NCBI GenBank assembly: GCA_950097015.1
Contig: CATNEN010000007.1
Coordinates: 6,696,001 to 6,760,000 of the forward strand
Direction of reading: 5' to 3'
Source: Macrostomum hystrix
Taxonomy: Eukaryota; Animalia; Platyhelminthes
Length of the DNA: 64,000 bases
Below are positions 47,461-60,274 of the stretch, piece by piece. Within the stretch, counting starts at the first letter, position 1; each line of letters begins with the position of its first letter. The position numbers and the translations under genes are program-made. The notes beneath the pieces were generated by a model. It ran no database searches. It was not told where the DNA came from and saw only the letters and a program-made list of their open reading frames with translations.

Positions 47461-47748
47461 TGGCTGGCGCAGACCAGTGTACATTGTGAGCCCTCTGCCC
47501 CGGAATTTGGACACACGGGCCTGGAAAGCCCACACCCCAAATCATAGGTTTTTTAGATTTAGACCCCTTATCGATTTTTCAGTTTTTACCCTGCGTCTTA
47601 AGATAAGCTCCAATTCAGCCCACTGGATGATAAATAGCCTGTAAATTAGTTTGGCTAAAGGGCACCTTATCTGATTCATCCAAATTCACAAACTTGCATC
47701 TTTCAAAATTTTTATCAACTATTTCATTTCACTTCTCATTTCTAAATC

Positions 47749-50700
47749 ATGGTTCGACGCGGCGCCAGCAATTTAAAGAAGAGCCGCGATGCCAAGCGAC
47801 GGCGACAGGCAGAATCCGAGGCTGAGCAGGCTGCCCGACTGGAAGAACAGCGGCAGCGGGATGCTCAGCGCAGACATGCTGAGACTGAGGCTGAGCGGGC
47901 TGCCCGACTGGAAGAACAGCGGCAGCGGGATGCTCAGCGCAGACATGCTGAGACTGAGGCTGAGCGGGCTGCCCGACTGGAAGAACAGCGGCAGCGGGAC
48001 GCTCAGCGCAGAGAGGCTGAGACTGAGGTAGAGCGGGCTGCCCGACTGGAAGAACAGCGGCAGCGGGACGCTCAGCGCAGAGAGGCTGAGAATGAGGTAG
48101 AGCGGGCTGCCCGACTGGAAGAACAGCGGCAGCGGGACGCTCAGCGCAGAGAGGCTGAGAATGAGGCAGAGTGGGCTGCCCGACTGGAAGCCGATCGGAT
48201 TCGTCGCCGTGGAGCTGTGGTTTCTAGGTGAGTTGTATAGTAACTTTTTATAACAAGTCTTTATTTTTGTTTTTTTTCTGAATTGCTTTGAAAGGGATAA
48301 TTTGTAGTATCCATTTTATTCTGTATAAATTAAGCGGACAACGATTTTTGAGGAATGAATTGTCTTAAAAAGCCAATTAAGGCTGCTGTGCTTACGTTCA
48401 CCCATTGCCCCTTAGGTCGGACACCCAGCAGCAAGGTACAGAAGCTATTGTACCCTTTGAGCATTTGCAGGTAATCCCCATTGTTGGTGATGGCAATTGC
48501 TTTTTTTATGCTGTGTGTGATCAGCTGCGTGGAACCCCGCTGGAAACTGACGCAGCCTCCCTGCGGCAGGACTTGTCTTGCCGTGTTGCAGAACTCATGC
48601 CACAGCTGATTGCAGATGGCCTCATTGCACCTGAGAGTGCTGATGAGATCGTGAATTCCTCTTTTCAAGCAGGAATTTATGTTTCAGATGAAGTTGCCTC
48701 TTTGTTGAGCCGCTGCTTTGATGTGGATCTGGTCATTTACCAGGCCAATGGTAATGTGATGCAATATTTCAGGGCTAATTTGCGCCCTCCTAATGCCATT
48801 GTGCGTGTGCTTTTGCGCCATGAACATTACGAGTCACTGAGACTTCGAGAGCCTTTGCAAGCCTTTACAGGTGCCGAGTTCCTAAGCCTGGCAGCAAGCA
48901 GAACTCCTGCCAAGAGGGCCAAGAAAGCCAAGGGCCCCAGCGCGATGCCGGCGGAACATGAGACTGCGGGCCGCGCTGAAGACGGACCCGCTACTGCAAG
49001 GTAAAGTGACACATAATTAACAGTTACATTTACATTTAACAGTTACTAAGAGATACATTCCATTTTTATTATCAGGCCTGAGACGATGGCGAGGCCAGAA
49101 GCCCCAGCCCATGACTGCGGGCCAACGGACTGGGCATGCAACCATTGCGGTGCCAAGCTGTTCCGCATGGAGACGGGCAATTTCTGCTGTGCTGGAGGCA
49201 AGGTGAAGCTGCCCACCCGGACTGTGCCACAGCTGCTGGCTGACCTGTACATGGGCCGGCACGGCATGAGCTCAGAGTTCCTGACCAACATCCGGAGCTA
49301 TAACTCTGTGCTGCACCTGACCTCGCTGAGTGCCAAGCCGCGGTTGGTGCCAGGCTGGAATCCCAGCTACATCATCAGCGGTCAGCTGCACCACACTGCT
49401 ATGCCGCTGTTTGCTGAAGCGTCTGCTGTTCCTCGCGGCTGGCAGGTGTACTTCACTGACCGCGAACTCGAAAGCCAGCAGAGTCTGAGCGATAGGGTGA
49501 AGCCAGAGCTACAGGAGCTGCTACAGACGTTGCTTCACGAGTGCAACCTTTACGTTCGGAGCCTGAAGGCTGCAGCACAGCGGATCATGGAGGATCCAGA
49601 GCTTGTGGATGCGCGAATCGTGATTCACCCGGACCGAAGACCTTCTGGTGAACACATTCGGTGAGCTAAGAATAACTGAAAAGGGATTCAAACACATTTA
49701 AAAACCTGTCTTTAAAAGCTTTGTGCCTGTGTACACAGAAATGTTTACCGTTGTAAAGAGTTTTGTTTTGTTAAAAGCATTTGTTACTACCGTTCAAAAT
49801 CAGGCGCTACAATTTGCCCACGGCAAACGAGGTCGGCATCCTCATTGTTAAGGACACTGAGGACACTGAGGCCCCTGAAGACGGTGATGAGCCAGCAACT
49901 AGCCGAGATGTTGTCATTCAACTGCGGGGTGGAGGCTACAAGAGGATTAGCAAAACACACCGATCGTATGATGCACTGGAGTACGTGTTGCTGTTCCCCC
50001 ATGGCGAGGATGGCCGGCACCCGGAGCTGCGCATGAGCAATGGCCGCAAGCTGACGCCGATGAAGTACTATGCCAGCGAAATCATGGTGCGAGCGGGCCA
50101 GAGCAGCTTGCTGCACCACGGACGGAGGCTGTTCCAGCAGTACCTGGTGGACATGTGCGCCAAGATTGAGTCAGAGAGGCTGCTCTATCTGCGGACCCAT
50201 CAGAGCGATCTGCGCAGTGAGACGTACAGCGGTCTGCGAGACGCTCTATTTGCTGCTGATGGCAGGTCGACCGACACAAATCCGACTGATATTGGCAAGC
50301 CTGCGCACGTGTTCCTGTCCTCCAGCTTCGTTGGCGGGCCAAGGTACCTTATGGAGAGGCTGCAAGACGCCATGACCTATGTACAAAAGTTTGGCAAGCC
50401 GGACCTGTTTGTCACGGCGACGTGCAACCCTAAGTGGCCGGAAATCAGCGCACAGCTGCTGCCTGGACAGCGACCTGAGGACCGGCCGGATATTGTCACG
50501 CGCGTTTTCGAGCTGAAGAAGAAAGCTCTGCTTGCCGAGCTGAGGAAGCGCTTTGGAAAGGAGGCCGCGCATGTTTGCTCTCTGGAATATCAGAAGCGCG
50601 GTAAGTTAGCAATTTGCGCTTTCAATTTTCATTCTGTAATTGCATTCCAGGTTTAGCAATCCATATTTTAATGCAAGGGGTCATTGCAAACTGGAATTAA

Positions 50701-53700
50701 GCTCTGGTTTAGCCATGATTCAAACTCTGGTTTAGCCATGATTCAAACTCTGGTTTAGCCATGATTCAAACTCTGGTTTAGAATTTTAATTAATACATGA
50801 CTAAATTGGGATCACTCATACGTCGCTTTGAATCACTTATTTATTTATGTCTTCCGCAGGTCTCCCCCATGTGCACTTTCTGCTCTGGCTGGTCAGTGGA
50901 CAGAGAGTGACTCCGGACCGCTACGACAAAATTGTGTCCGCCGAGATTCCGGACCCACAGCAGCAGCCGAGGCTGCACGAGCTGGTGAAGACTCACATGA
51001 TCCATGGCCCCTGCGGCGTGGTAAATCCAGCCTGCCCGTGCATGGTGGACGGCCAGTGCAGCAAGGGCTTCCCGAAGGAGTTCCAGCAGGCGACTCTAAC
51101 CAGCGATACTGGCTACCCATTGTATCGCAGGCTGTCCCCTGAGATAGGCGGATTTACGGTGGACAAACTATTCAAAGGCCGCAGCATTCGCATGGACAAC
51201 AGGTGAGTGAGGAGGTGTTGGTGTTTTTTCAGACTTGATTGAAAGGTTGATTCTTTAATATGAAAGCAAAGCACTTAGTTTAGGCTTGTGTTTAGTTTAG
51301 TTACTAAATTGTTTATTTACTTTAAGGTTAATTTACCATTGCTAGAATACATGAATCATTAACTAGCAATGCTTTTCCTGGCACAAATACAGGTGGGTTG
51401 TACCATACAACCCGGGCCTGTTGCTCCTTTTCGAATGCCACATGAACTTTGAAGTTTGTGCCACCGTCAAGTCGGTCAAGTACGTGATCAAGTACTTGCT
51501 AAAAGGCGGCGACATGGCGTCGTTCAAGTTCGAGGCAAACAAGAAGCCGAGCGGGCCAGGAGAGCAGGCTGCGGATGGCGAACGACAGGAAGGTTCAGCT
51601 AGCAAGGCTCCGACTCAAGCCAAGAAGGAGGGGCGAAATGAGATCAAGGAGTATCTGCTGGCGCGCTACATAGGCCCAATGGAAGCCGTGAATACCATCT
51701 TGGGCTTTGAAGTAAGTCATAGATGTTTGCAAGGCAGTGCTAGGAGCAAAGAATGGGAAAATAATGATATGGTTTTTAAACTAAAACACAACAGGTGCAC
51801 AACAGATTTCCGGCTGTGATCCGATTGTGCGTGCACAAGTCTAACGAGCAGCTCGTGTATTTCAACGAGCAAAATGCGAGCACAAAGGCCAGGGCGCCCA
51901 GAGATTCGACGCTGACGGCTTTCTTCAAGCTGTGCCGCACTGATGAATTCGCTAGAGGCCTGGTGTACACCGAGGTGCCGTCCTACTTCGTGTGGCACCA
52001 CAGCGAGAGGGAGTGGCGCCGCGCCAAGAAGGGTTCGAGAGTTGAGGGCCACCCTGGTGTTGTGCACAACACGAACATTGCCCGAATGTACACGGTGAGT
52101 CCGAGAGCAGGGGATCTGTTTTATATGCGAATGCTCCTCCTGCAGGTTAGAGGGCCAACCAGCTTCGAGGCGCTGCACACTGTGGACGGAGTGCTGTGTC
52201 CCAGCGCCAAGGCTGCTTGCACGGCCCTGGGTCTGCTGCAACGAGACGACCACTGGCGGCGCTGCCTAGCCGAGGCAGTCCAGTCGCGAATGCCGAGAGC
52301 TCTCAGGCACCTGCTGGCTGTCATTCTGATTTGGGGCAACCCTGAGGATGGCAGCGATCTGTGGTGCACATTCGCCGAGGATCTGTGCGAGGACCTGCGG
52401 TTTCACCACCGAGATCTGAGCGCTGAGGAAATCACCGACCTGGCGCTGCGCGAGCTGCAGAGCATGCTGACCTCCATGGGCGGTCACAGCCTGCCCGAGT
52501 ACGGCTTGCCTGCGGCCTCCGTGCCGCCTCAAGTCGGACCGATGCAGTTCGACCCGGTTGAACAGGCCGAGATCCGGGAAGCGAGACTGTCAATGCTGAC
52601 GGAGGAGCAGATTGCGGTGTACGAGTCGGTGACTGCGGATCTTGTGGCCGGCTCGGGCGGTTTGCACTTCCTGGACGCGCCCGCTGGCACTGGCAAGACC
52701 TTCCTGCTGGAGGTTTTGCTGGCCTTTGTGCGCAGCCGCGGTGAACTCGCCCTGGCAGTTGCGGCGTCTGGAATCGCAGCGACTCTGCTGCCAGGCGGAC
52801 AGACTGCGCATTCCACGTAAGTTTTTTAGATTAGGGGAATGCTTCTGAATTTTATAGAGTCGCGTTTCTAATCGATTCTACCTATGACAATTTCACTCTA
52901 GGTTCAAGATCCCAGTCCGGCTGCTCCGATCCAACAAGGATGTCTGCGCTGTTGGCGCGCAGTCCAAGCAAGCGGAAGTGTTTCGTAGAGTTCGGCTGAT
53001 TGTCTGGGACGAGATCTCCATGACCAATCGAAAGGATCTGGAATCCGTGGACAGGTGTCTGCGAGACGTTCGGAAGCAGGACAAGCCATTTGGAGGAGTC
53101 ACTCTGGTGTGTTCCGGTGACTTCCGCCAGCTCCTGCCTGTCGTAGTGAATGGAACCCGCGCCAACAGCGTCATGGCGTGTGTCTGCAGATCTTCGCTGT
53201 GGAAACTTTTCAAGCGACATCGCTTGACGAGAAACATTCGTCTGCTGTGCAGCTCCGAGCCAGCGATGTACCAGAAGTTCACGGAGCTACTCATGCAGGT
53301 GAGAATGGGGTGTAAAATCATTCGAATCTCGCGAATCATTGCGAATATTATGTTTCATGTTTTTATTGCTTTTCTTTTCACAGATCGGAACCGGGACAAT
53401 CGAGCAGGATGCTGAGGAGAAGGTGTCCCTTCCCGCTGAGATGGTGATTTCTGCAGAGGCTCCGCTGAATGACCTGATCAAGTTCGTGTACCCGTCGTTT
53501 GAAGAATCAGCGGAGCGGGACGACTATTTTGCAAGTCGAGCGATACTGGCGCCGTACAACGACTCTGTTGATGCCATCAACGAGACGTGTCTGGGCATTT
53601 TCCCGGGTTGCCTGCGAGAGTATCGCTCTGTAGACAGCCTGGCTGATGAGGAGGCCGCTACGCATTTCCCGACGGAGTTGCTAAACCAGCTGGATGCCCC

Positions 53701-54148
53701 GAATTTTCCAACTTATCTGCTCAGGATCAAGGTGGGCATGCCGCTGGTGCTTCTTCGGAACATCAACCCGCCGCGGCTGTGCAACGGTACACGGCTCATC
53801 GTTCTCACGATGGGCGATAATGTGCTGCGCTGCAAGATTGCCGCCGGTCAGTTCACTGGAGACGAGATCCTGCTGCCGCGAATTCCGCTGATTCCAAACA
53901 ATGCGGATCTACCAGTGAGTTTCAAGCGGCTGCAGTTTCCTGTGAAGTCGAGCTTCTGCCTTACAATACACAAAGCACAAGGCCAGTCTCTGGAGACCGT
54001 TGGCGTTGACCTGGCTGTCGGTTGCTTCACTCATGGTCAGCTGTACACGGCGCTGTCACGAGCGAAGAACGCGGCCAATGTCCGCGTCCGGGTTTCCGGA
54101 ACCAAGACCAGGAACGTGGTGTATCCAGAAGTGCTCACTGGAGATTAG
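47749..54148 (+). CDS. Helitron Rep-helicase with N-terminal repeats, OTU protease and Zn finger; 9 exons (47749-48227, 48416-49000, 49076-49660, 49804-50600, 50860-51202, 51393-51711, 51795-52816, 52902-53298, 53384-54148), ~1763 aa
   Basis: All introns are GT-AG with compatible phases. Domains: 20-aa repeats, OTU (VGDGNCFF...EHYESL), CNHC...CC..GK, EYQKRGLPHVH (HUH), KYVIKYLLKG, DAPAGTGKT, WDEISM, GDFRQ, TIHKAQGQS, HGQLYTALSR. No stops in the spliced frame. Confidence 0.93.
50701..50780 (-). repeat. Inverted copies of the 23-bp minisatellite inside RepHel intron 4
   Basis: (ctctggtttagccatgattcaaa)x3.5 is the reverse complement of the 46075-46922 unit. Confidence 0.95.
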
Positions 54149-54410
54149 GCGATTTCCAGGCGTCATTGAAGTGAGTATTACTTGTGTCATTTTTGTCTGT
54201 GAGTGTCGCATTGGTATCTGTGTTTAATAGTGATCACAAGTAGTTTATCCTGATATGTAAATGGCCCGCTGAGACATATCAGGCAAATCCTGCTTTATTC
54301 ACCTAATAAATTCAAATTAGATGGGATCATAATGGAATTGAGATAAGGGATTACCTAGGCAAAATGATTAGCTAAATTGTGTTTGTGGCATAACAGAACT
54401 GAGCATAACA

Positions 54411-57391
54411 GATCCCAATCCTAAATTCACAGAATCTCTTAGATCCCAATCCTAAATTCACAGAATCTCTTAGATCCCAATCCTAAATTCACAAAATCTC
54501 TTAGATCCCAATCCTAAATTCACAAAATCTCTTAGATCCCAATCCTAAATTCACAGAATCTCTTAGATCCCAATCCTAAATTCACAGAATCTCTTAGATC
54601 CCAATCCTAAATTCATAGAATCTCTTAGATCCCAATGCTTAATTCATAGAATCTCTTAGATCCCAATCCTAAATTCACAGAATCTCTTGGATCCCAATCC
54701 TAAATTCACAGAATCTCTTAGATCCCAATCCTAAATTCATAGAATCTCTTAGATCCCGATCCTAAATTCATAGAATCTCTTAGATCCCAATCCTAAATTC
54801 ACAGAATCTCTTAGATCCCAATCCTAAATTCATAGAATCTCTTATATCCCAATCCTAAATTCATAGAATCTCTTAGATCCCAATGCTAAATTCATAGAAT
54901 CTCTTAGATCCCAATCCTAAATTCACAGAATCTCTTAGATCCCAATCCTAAATTCATAGAATCTCTTATATCCCAATCCTAAATTCATAGAATCTCTTAG
55001 ATCCCAATGCTAAATTCATAGAATCTCTTATATCCCAATGCTTAATTCATAGAATCTCTTAGATCCCAATCCTAAATTCATAGAATCTCTTATATCCCAA
55101 TCCTAAATTCACAGAATCTCTTAGATCCCAATTCTAAATTCACAAGAGATATAAGAGATATATCCCAATCCTAAATTCATAGAATCTCTTATATCCCAAT
55201 CCTAAATTCATAGAATCTCTTATATCCCAATGCTAAATTCACAAAATCTCTTAGATCCCAATCCTAAATTCACAGAATCTCTTAGATCCCAATCCTAAAT
55301 TCATAGAATCTTTTAGATCCCAATCCTAAATTCATAGAATCTCTTATATCCCAATCCTAAATTCATAGAATCTCTTAGATCCCAATCCTAAATTCACAGA
55401 ATCTCTTAGATCCCAATCCTAAATTCACAGAATCTCTTAGATCCCAATCCTAAATTCATTGAATCTCTTAGATCCCAATCCTAAATTCACAGAATCTCTT
55501 ATATCCCAATCCTAAATTCATAGAATCTCTTAGATCCCAATCATAAATTCATAGAATCTCTTAGATCCCAATGCTAAATTCACAGAATCTCTTCAATCCC
55601 AATCCTAAATTCATAGAACCTCTTAGATCCCAATCCTAAATTCATAGAACCTCTGAGATCCCAATCCTAAATTCACAGAATCTCTTAGATCCCAATCCTA
55701 AATTCATAGAATCTCTTATATCCCAATCCTCAATTCATTGAATCTCTTAGATCCCAATCCTAATCTCATAGATCCCAATCCTAAATTCATTGAATCTCTT
55801 AAATCCCAATCCTAAATTCACAAAATCTCTTAGATCCCAATCATAAATTCACAGAATCTCTTAGATCCCAATCCTAAATTCATAGAATCTCTTAGATCCC
55901 AATGCTAAATTCATAGAATCTCTTAGATCCCAATCCTAAATTCACAGAATCTCTTAGATCCCAATCCTAAATTCATAGAATCTCTTATATCCCAATCCTA
56001 AATTCATAGAATCTCTTAGATCCCGATCCTAAATTCATAGAATCTCTTAGATCCCAATCCTAAATTCACAGAATCTCTTAGATCCCAATCCTAAATTCAT
56101 AGAATCTCTTATATCCCAATCCTAAATTCATAGAATCTCTTAGATCCCAATGCTAAATTCATAGAATCTCTTAGATCCCAATCCTAAATTCACAGAATCT
56201 CTTAGATCCCAATCCTAAATTCATAGAATCTCTTATATCCCAATCCTAAATTCATAGAATCTCTTAGATCCCAATGCTAAATTCATAGAATCTCTTATAT
56301 CCCAATGCTTAATTCATAGAATCTCTTAGATCCCAATCCTAAATTCATAGAATCTCTTATATCCCAATCCTAAATTCACAGAATCTCTTAGATCCCAATT
56401 CTAAATTCACAAGAGATATAAGAGATATATCCCAATCCTAAATTCATAGAATCTCTTATATCCCAATCCTAAATTCATAGAATCTCTTATATCCCAATGC
56501 TAAATTCACAAAATCTCTTAGATCCCAATCCTAAATTCACAGAATCTCTTAGATCCCAATCCTAAATTCATAGAATCTTTTAGATCCCAATCCTAAATTC
56601 ATAGAATCTCTTATATCCCAATCCTAAATTCATAGAATCTCTTAGATCCCAATCCTAAATTCACAGAATCTCTTAGATCCCAATCCTAAATTCACAGAAT
56701 CTCTTAGATCCCAATCCTAAATTCATTGAATCTCTTAGATCCCAATCCTAAATTCACAGAATCTCTTATATCCCAATCCTAAATTCATAGAATCTCTTAG
56801 ATCCCAATCATAAATTCATAGAATCTCTTAGATCCCAATGCTAAATTCACAGAATCTCTTCAATCCCAATCCTAAATTCATAGAACCTCTTAGATCCCAA
56901 TCCTAAATTCATAGAACCTCTGAGATCCCAATCCTAAATTCACAGAATCTCTTAGATCCCAATCCTAAATTCATAGAATCTCTTATATCCCAATCCTCAA
57001 TTCATTGAATCTCTTAGATCCCAATCCTAATCTCATAGATCCCAATCCTAAATTCATTGAATCTCTTAAATCCCAATCCTAAATTCACAAAATCTCTTAG
57101 ATCCCAATCATAAATTCACAGAATCTCTTAGATCCCAATCCTAAATTCATAGAATCTCTTAGATCCCAATGCTAAATTCATAGAATCTCTTAGATCCCAA
57201 TCCTAAATTCATAGAATCTCTTAGATCCCAATCCTAAATTCATTGAATCTCTTAGATCCCAATCCTAAATTCACAGAATCTCTTAGATCCCAATCCTAAA
57301 TTCATAGAATCTCTTAGATTCCAATCCTAAATTCATAGAATCTCTTAGATCCCAATCCTAAATTCACAGAATCTTATATATCAATCCTAAA
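54411..57391 (+). repeat. 31-bp satellite (GATCCCAATCCTAAATTCAYAGAATCTCTTA), ~96 units, with a 1267-bp higher-order duplication
   Basis: Period 31 (54442 to 54473). Rare variants recur at +1267 (54752/56019, 55141/56408, 55761/57028). Confidence 0.97.
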
Positions 57392-58105
57392 TCATTGCTT
57401 AGCTAAATTGTGTTTGTGGCGTAACAGAAGTGAGATCATTGCTTAGCTAAATTGTGTTTGTGGCATAACAGAAGTGAGATCATTGCTTAGCTAAATTGTG
57501 TTTGTGGCATAACAGAAGTGAGATCATTGCTTAGCCTAATTGGGTTCATTGCATAACAGAACTAAGATCATGGCTTAGCGTAATTGGGATCATTTGGCAT
57601 AACTAAGTTGGGATCCTTGCATACTAAATTGGGATCATAGCAAACCAGAATTGGAATTATCGCATAATGAAATTGGGCTCATGGCATGATACGAATGGGA
57701 TCATTGAAGAATGGAAAATTGGATTCATTGTTTACCAGAATTATGATTAGTAAGAGGGGCGTCCGTAAGGTAATGAAAATTTTCTGCTACGAGTTGGGAT
57801 CAAGGCAAACCAGAATAGGATCGGATTGGGTTCCCAATAGCCAATTGGGTTCCCAACCCAATAGCTAAATTGGGTTCATAGCATAACAGAACTGAGATCA
57901 TTGCTTAGCTAAATTTTGTTTGTGGCGTAACAGAACTGAGATCATTGCTTAGCTAAATTGGGATCTTTTGGTGTAACTAAAATGGGTTTATTGCATAACT
58001 AAATTGAGATCCTCGCATAACTAGATTGAGATCATTGCATAACTAGATTGAGATCAAGGCAAACCAGAATAGGATCGGATACAATCGGATCCCAATTTAG
58101 TTGTG
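57391..58105 (+). repeat. 44-bp repeats grading into degenerate ~22-23-bp GGGATCATTGCATAAC-like repeats
   Basis: atcattgcttagctaaattgtgtttgtggc(a/g)taacagaagtgag x3, further copies at ~57897 and 54368, and degenerate units between. Confidence 0.85.
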
Positions 58106-58361
58106 CCATGAAAGTTAATAAGTAATAGTGAAATTAATGTAGGTAAATATTAGGTGAATATATAGCAGGTTGGCTGCATATCAATGGGCCTTGAGATTGT
58201 GGTTGAAATAACGTGTTCGCTGCTTATCACGATTCAGAGGTTCTTCCACTCTAAAACTGAGGGTATGCAGCCATGAGAGGTTTGAAGCAGCTTCAGCAAA
58301 CCTAGAGACTCTTGTGATAGCTAAGCTTTTTGTGTGACGTTGAGTGCGTGAACTTAACTTG

Positions 58362-58964
58362 CCCCAGTGAATGCCTCTGACCAGCAGTGCAGAGTAAAGC
58401 AAGCCAACAAGCAGTAGGATTGACACCATTATTCTTGCAGTCAAATGCAATGAACTGTGCAATGATACTGTCTTGTTGGCGGAGCCTTCTGCAAGTTCAT
58501 CATGTTTACTGTTTGTGGGTAATATTTTTAGGTGCAATGCAATTTTTTCTTTTTTCATTGAACTGAATTCTCTACATTTGGAGTTTGTTTTCTTATAACG
58601 TCATAATGATATGTATTTGTATAATAATAAATTTGTCAGATGCTCACTCAATTGTTGTTGTTTTGTTGTTTTCAATGTGTTTTGCAATTGAAGAAATACA
58701 AAAAATGTTTCAGTGGACAAAGACCAGTCCCATGATTCATGAATCTGCACACCTGGTACCTGCCTTATTCTATTTTAAAAGATAAATTGTCAGGCATGCA
58801 TTTATAATGAAGAATGATACAAAATGGATTACTAAGAAAAGAGGTCAGATGAGAAATAGGATCTGATCACAACTGGAATCATTAAGAAAAAGAAAGGAGA
58901 TTAGAAATTGATCCATTGATACTTAATTAGCCATTGATATTAGCTAACCATTTTGAACTATCAA
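58362..58964 (+). repeat. ~600-bp direct duplicate of 60597-61199 (RPA-like gene 3' end and downstream)
   Basis: Near-identical sequence; identical 66-aa spurious ORFs at 58585 and 60820. Confidence 0.95.
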
Positions 58965-59168
58965 TTTGAATTTTGAACTGCAATGAGCTGTGTCAATTAA
59001 GTTTCTCATTTTCAGTAGGAAATAAGGAAAAGCAACACGAAACAATTATTTCTCCAGTGAATATTAATTCGATTCAATTTATTTGCACAATTGGGGAATT
59101 TGCACAATTTGCACAATGTAGACGAATTCGAATTGTAGACGTTGTAGAATAGAATTTAGGATTGGGAT

Positions 59169-59199
59169 TTATTTGTTAGGCTGCTGCTGCTGCTGCTGC

Positions 59200-59238
<39 letters not shown>

Positions 59239-59453
59239 AGCTGCTGCTGCAGCCTCGTTCCAATTCCAAGTAGTAGCTGCTGCTGCGGCTGCTGCTGCTG
59301 CTGCTGCTGCCGCACTTGTGCGACGGCAGGGCAGCGGGCCACTGTGTGTGGCCCCGCGCAAAGAAAGCACGATAGAGGCCGCTGGCCCCCACCTCGGCGT
59401 CGCCGGCTGTTGCCACCGTTGCCACCGCTGCTGTAAAACTGATTGATTTTCAT
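59169..59453 (-). CDS. Small CCHC zinc-knuckle / poly-Gln protein (94 aa)
   Basis: RRRRGGG followed by CFLCAGPHTVARC (CX2CX3HX4C) and polyQ; upstream TATAAA (~59545-50, minus) and CCAAT boxes. Confidence 0.55.
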
Positions 59454-59499
59454 ATTGTAGACGAATTCGAATTGTAGACGTTGTAGAATAGATTGGTTG

Positions 59500-60200
59500 A
59501 ATAGAATTCTTAATGGTTTGCGACCTGACGTACGCTCACTCTGGTTTATATGCGCTCACTCAAGCCAAGCCAAGGATTAGCGAGATTGGTTTGTAAACCA
59601 ATCGAAACTCAATTCATTTTTTAAAGCCCGTTTCAGCTTGGGCAAAAATGAATTCCAGCTTAGGGCCACCCCAACCCCAGTTAAAATTGGGTAAGGCTTC
59701 ATTGGTGAGCTTCATGAGGCTTTAGCTGTTTGTGATGATTACTGAAAAGTCTCGCTAGGTTGGGGCTTGCGGTGGCACTTTAATGAAATAACTTTTATTG
59801 AATGCACCTAACTGCTATTGGCTGACTTGAAACCCTCTATTTTTAGCCTCATTATAGCCACACGCCGCACTTGCACCCCAATTACACTGTAGATATAAGA
59901 TGTTTTTGGTGTCCTATTATTGAAGTGTGTCGAAAACAGATTACATAACAAGTCGCACCACACTCGACTTTGACACCCCACACTGTACATAAAGAAAGAA
60001 CGTAAAAGCTAAGGCAATCCACAACAAGTAGCCCAGTGGGTGGATTAGAAATTTTAGAACAAAACTCTCTCTGATTGGTTAGCCAGATCTAATTATTGAT
60101 CTTTACATGGCACCCTCTATTGGCATGAGTCATCACAGTTGGGGTTGTCCGAAATGCTGCAATATAAACTGGCACAATTGGCCTTGATGCTAAAACTATC
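59500..60200. promoter_or_regulatory. Candidate bidirectional promoter between the Zn-knuckle and RPA-like genes
   Basis: TATAAA on the minus strand at ~59545 and on the plus strand at ~60163; several ATTGG/CCAAT boxes (~59586, 59598, 60075, 60120). Confidence 0.5.
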
Positions 60201-60274
60201 AAACCACAAGCCGTAAAGACCTTATCAGTGAAATTTTTATAATCCATATTTTTGACAACTATCAATCGAGCAAT

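Noticed and set aside
47061-47545. ORFs with DNDPPV / STGGSL / QLTMIP repeats
   Set aside because: By-products of the 18-bp array.
46075-57391. Regular short repeats as a CRISPR array
   Set aside because: Units are contiguous with no unique spacers, there are no cas genes, and the context is eukaryotic with spliceosomal introns.
59156-59436. Poly-Cys, poly-Ala and poly-Ser ORFs
   Set aside because: Alternate frames of the CAG/CTG tract; only the polyQ frame has an ATG, a knuckle motif and promoter-like signals.
60210-60220. GCCGTAAAGAC upstream of the RPA-like gene, identical to the SL 5' end
   Set aside because: Only 11 bp with no continuation; compatible with chance.
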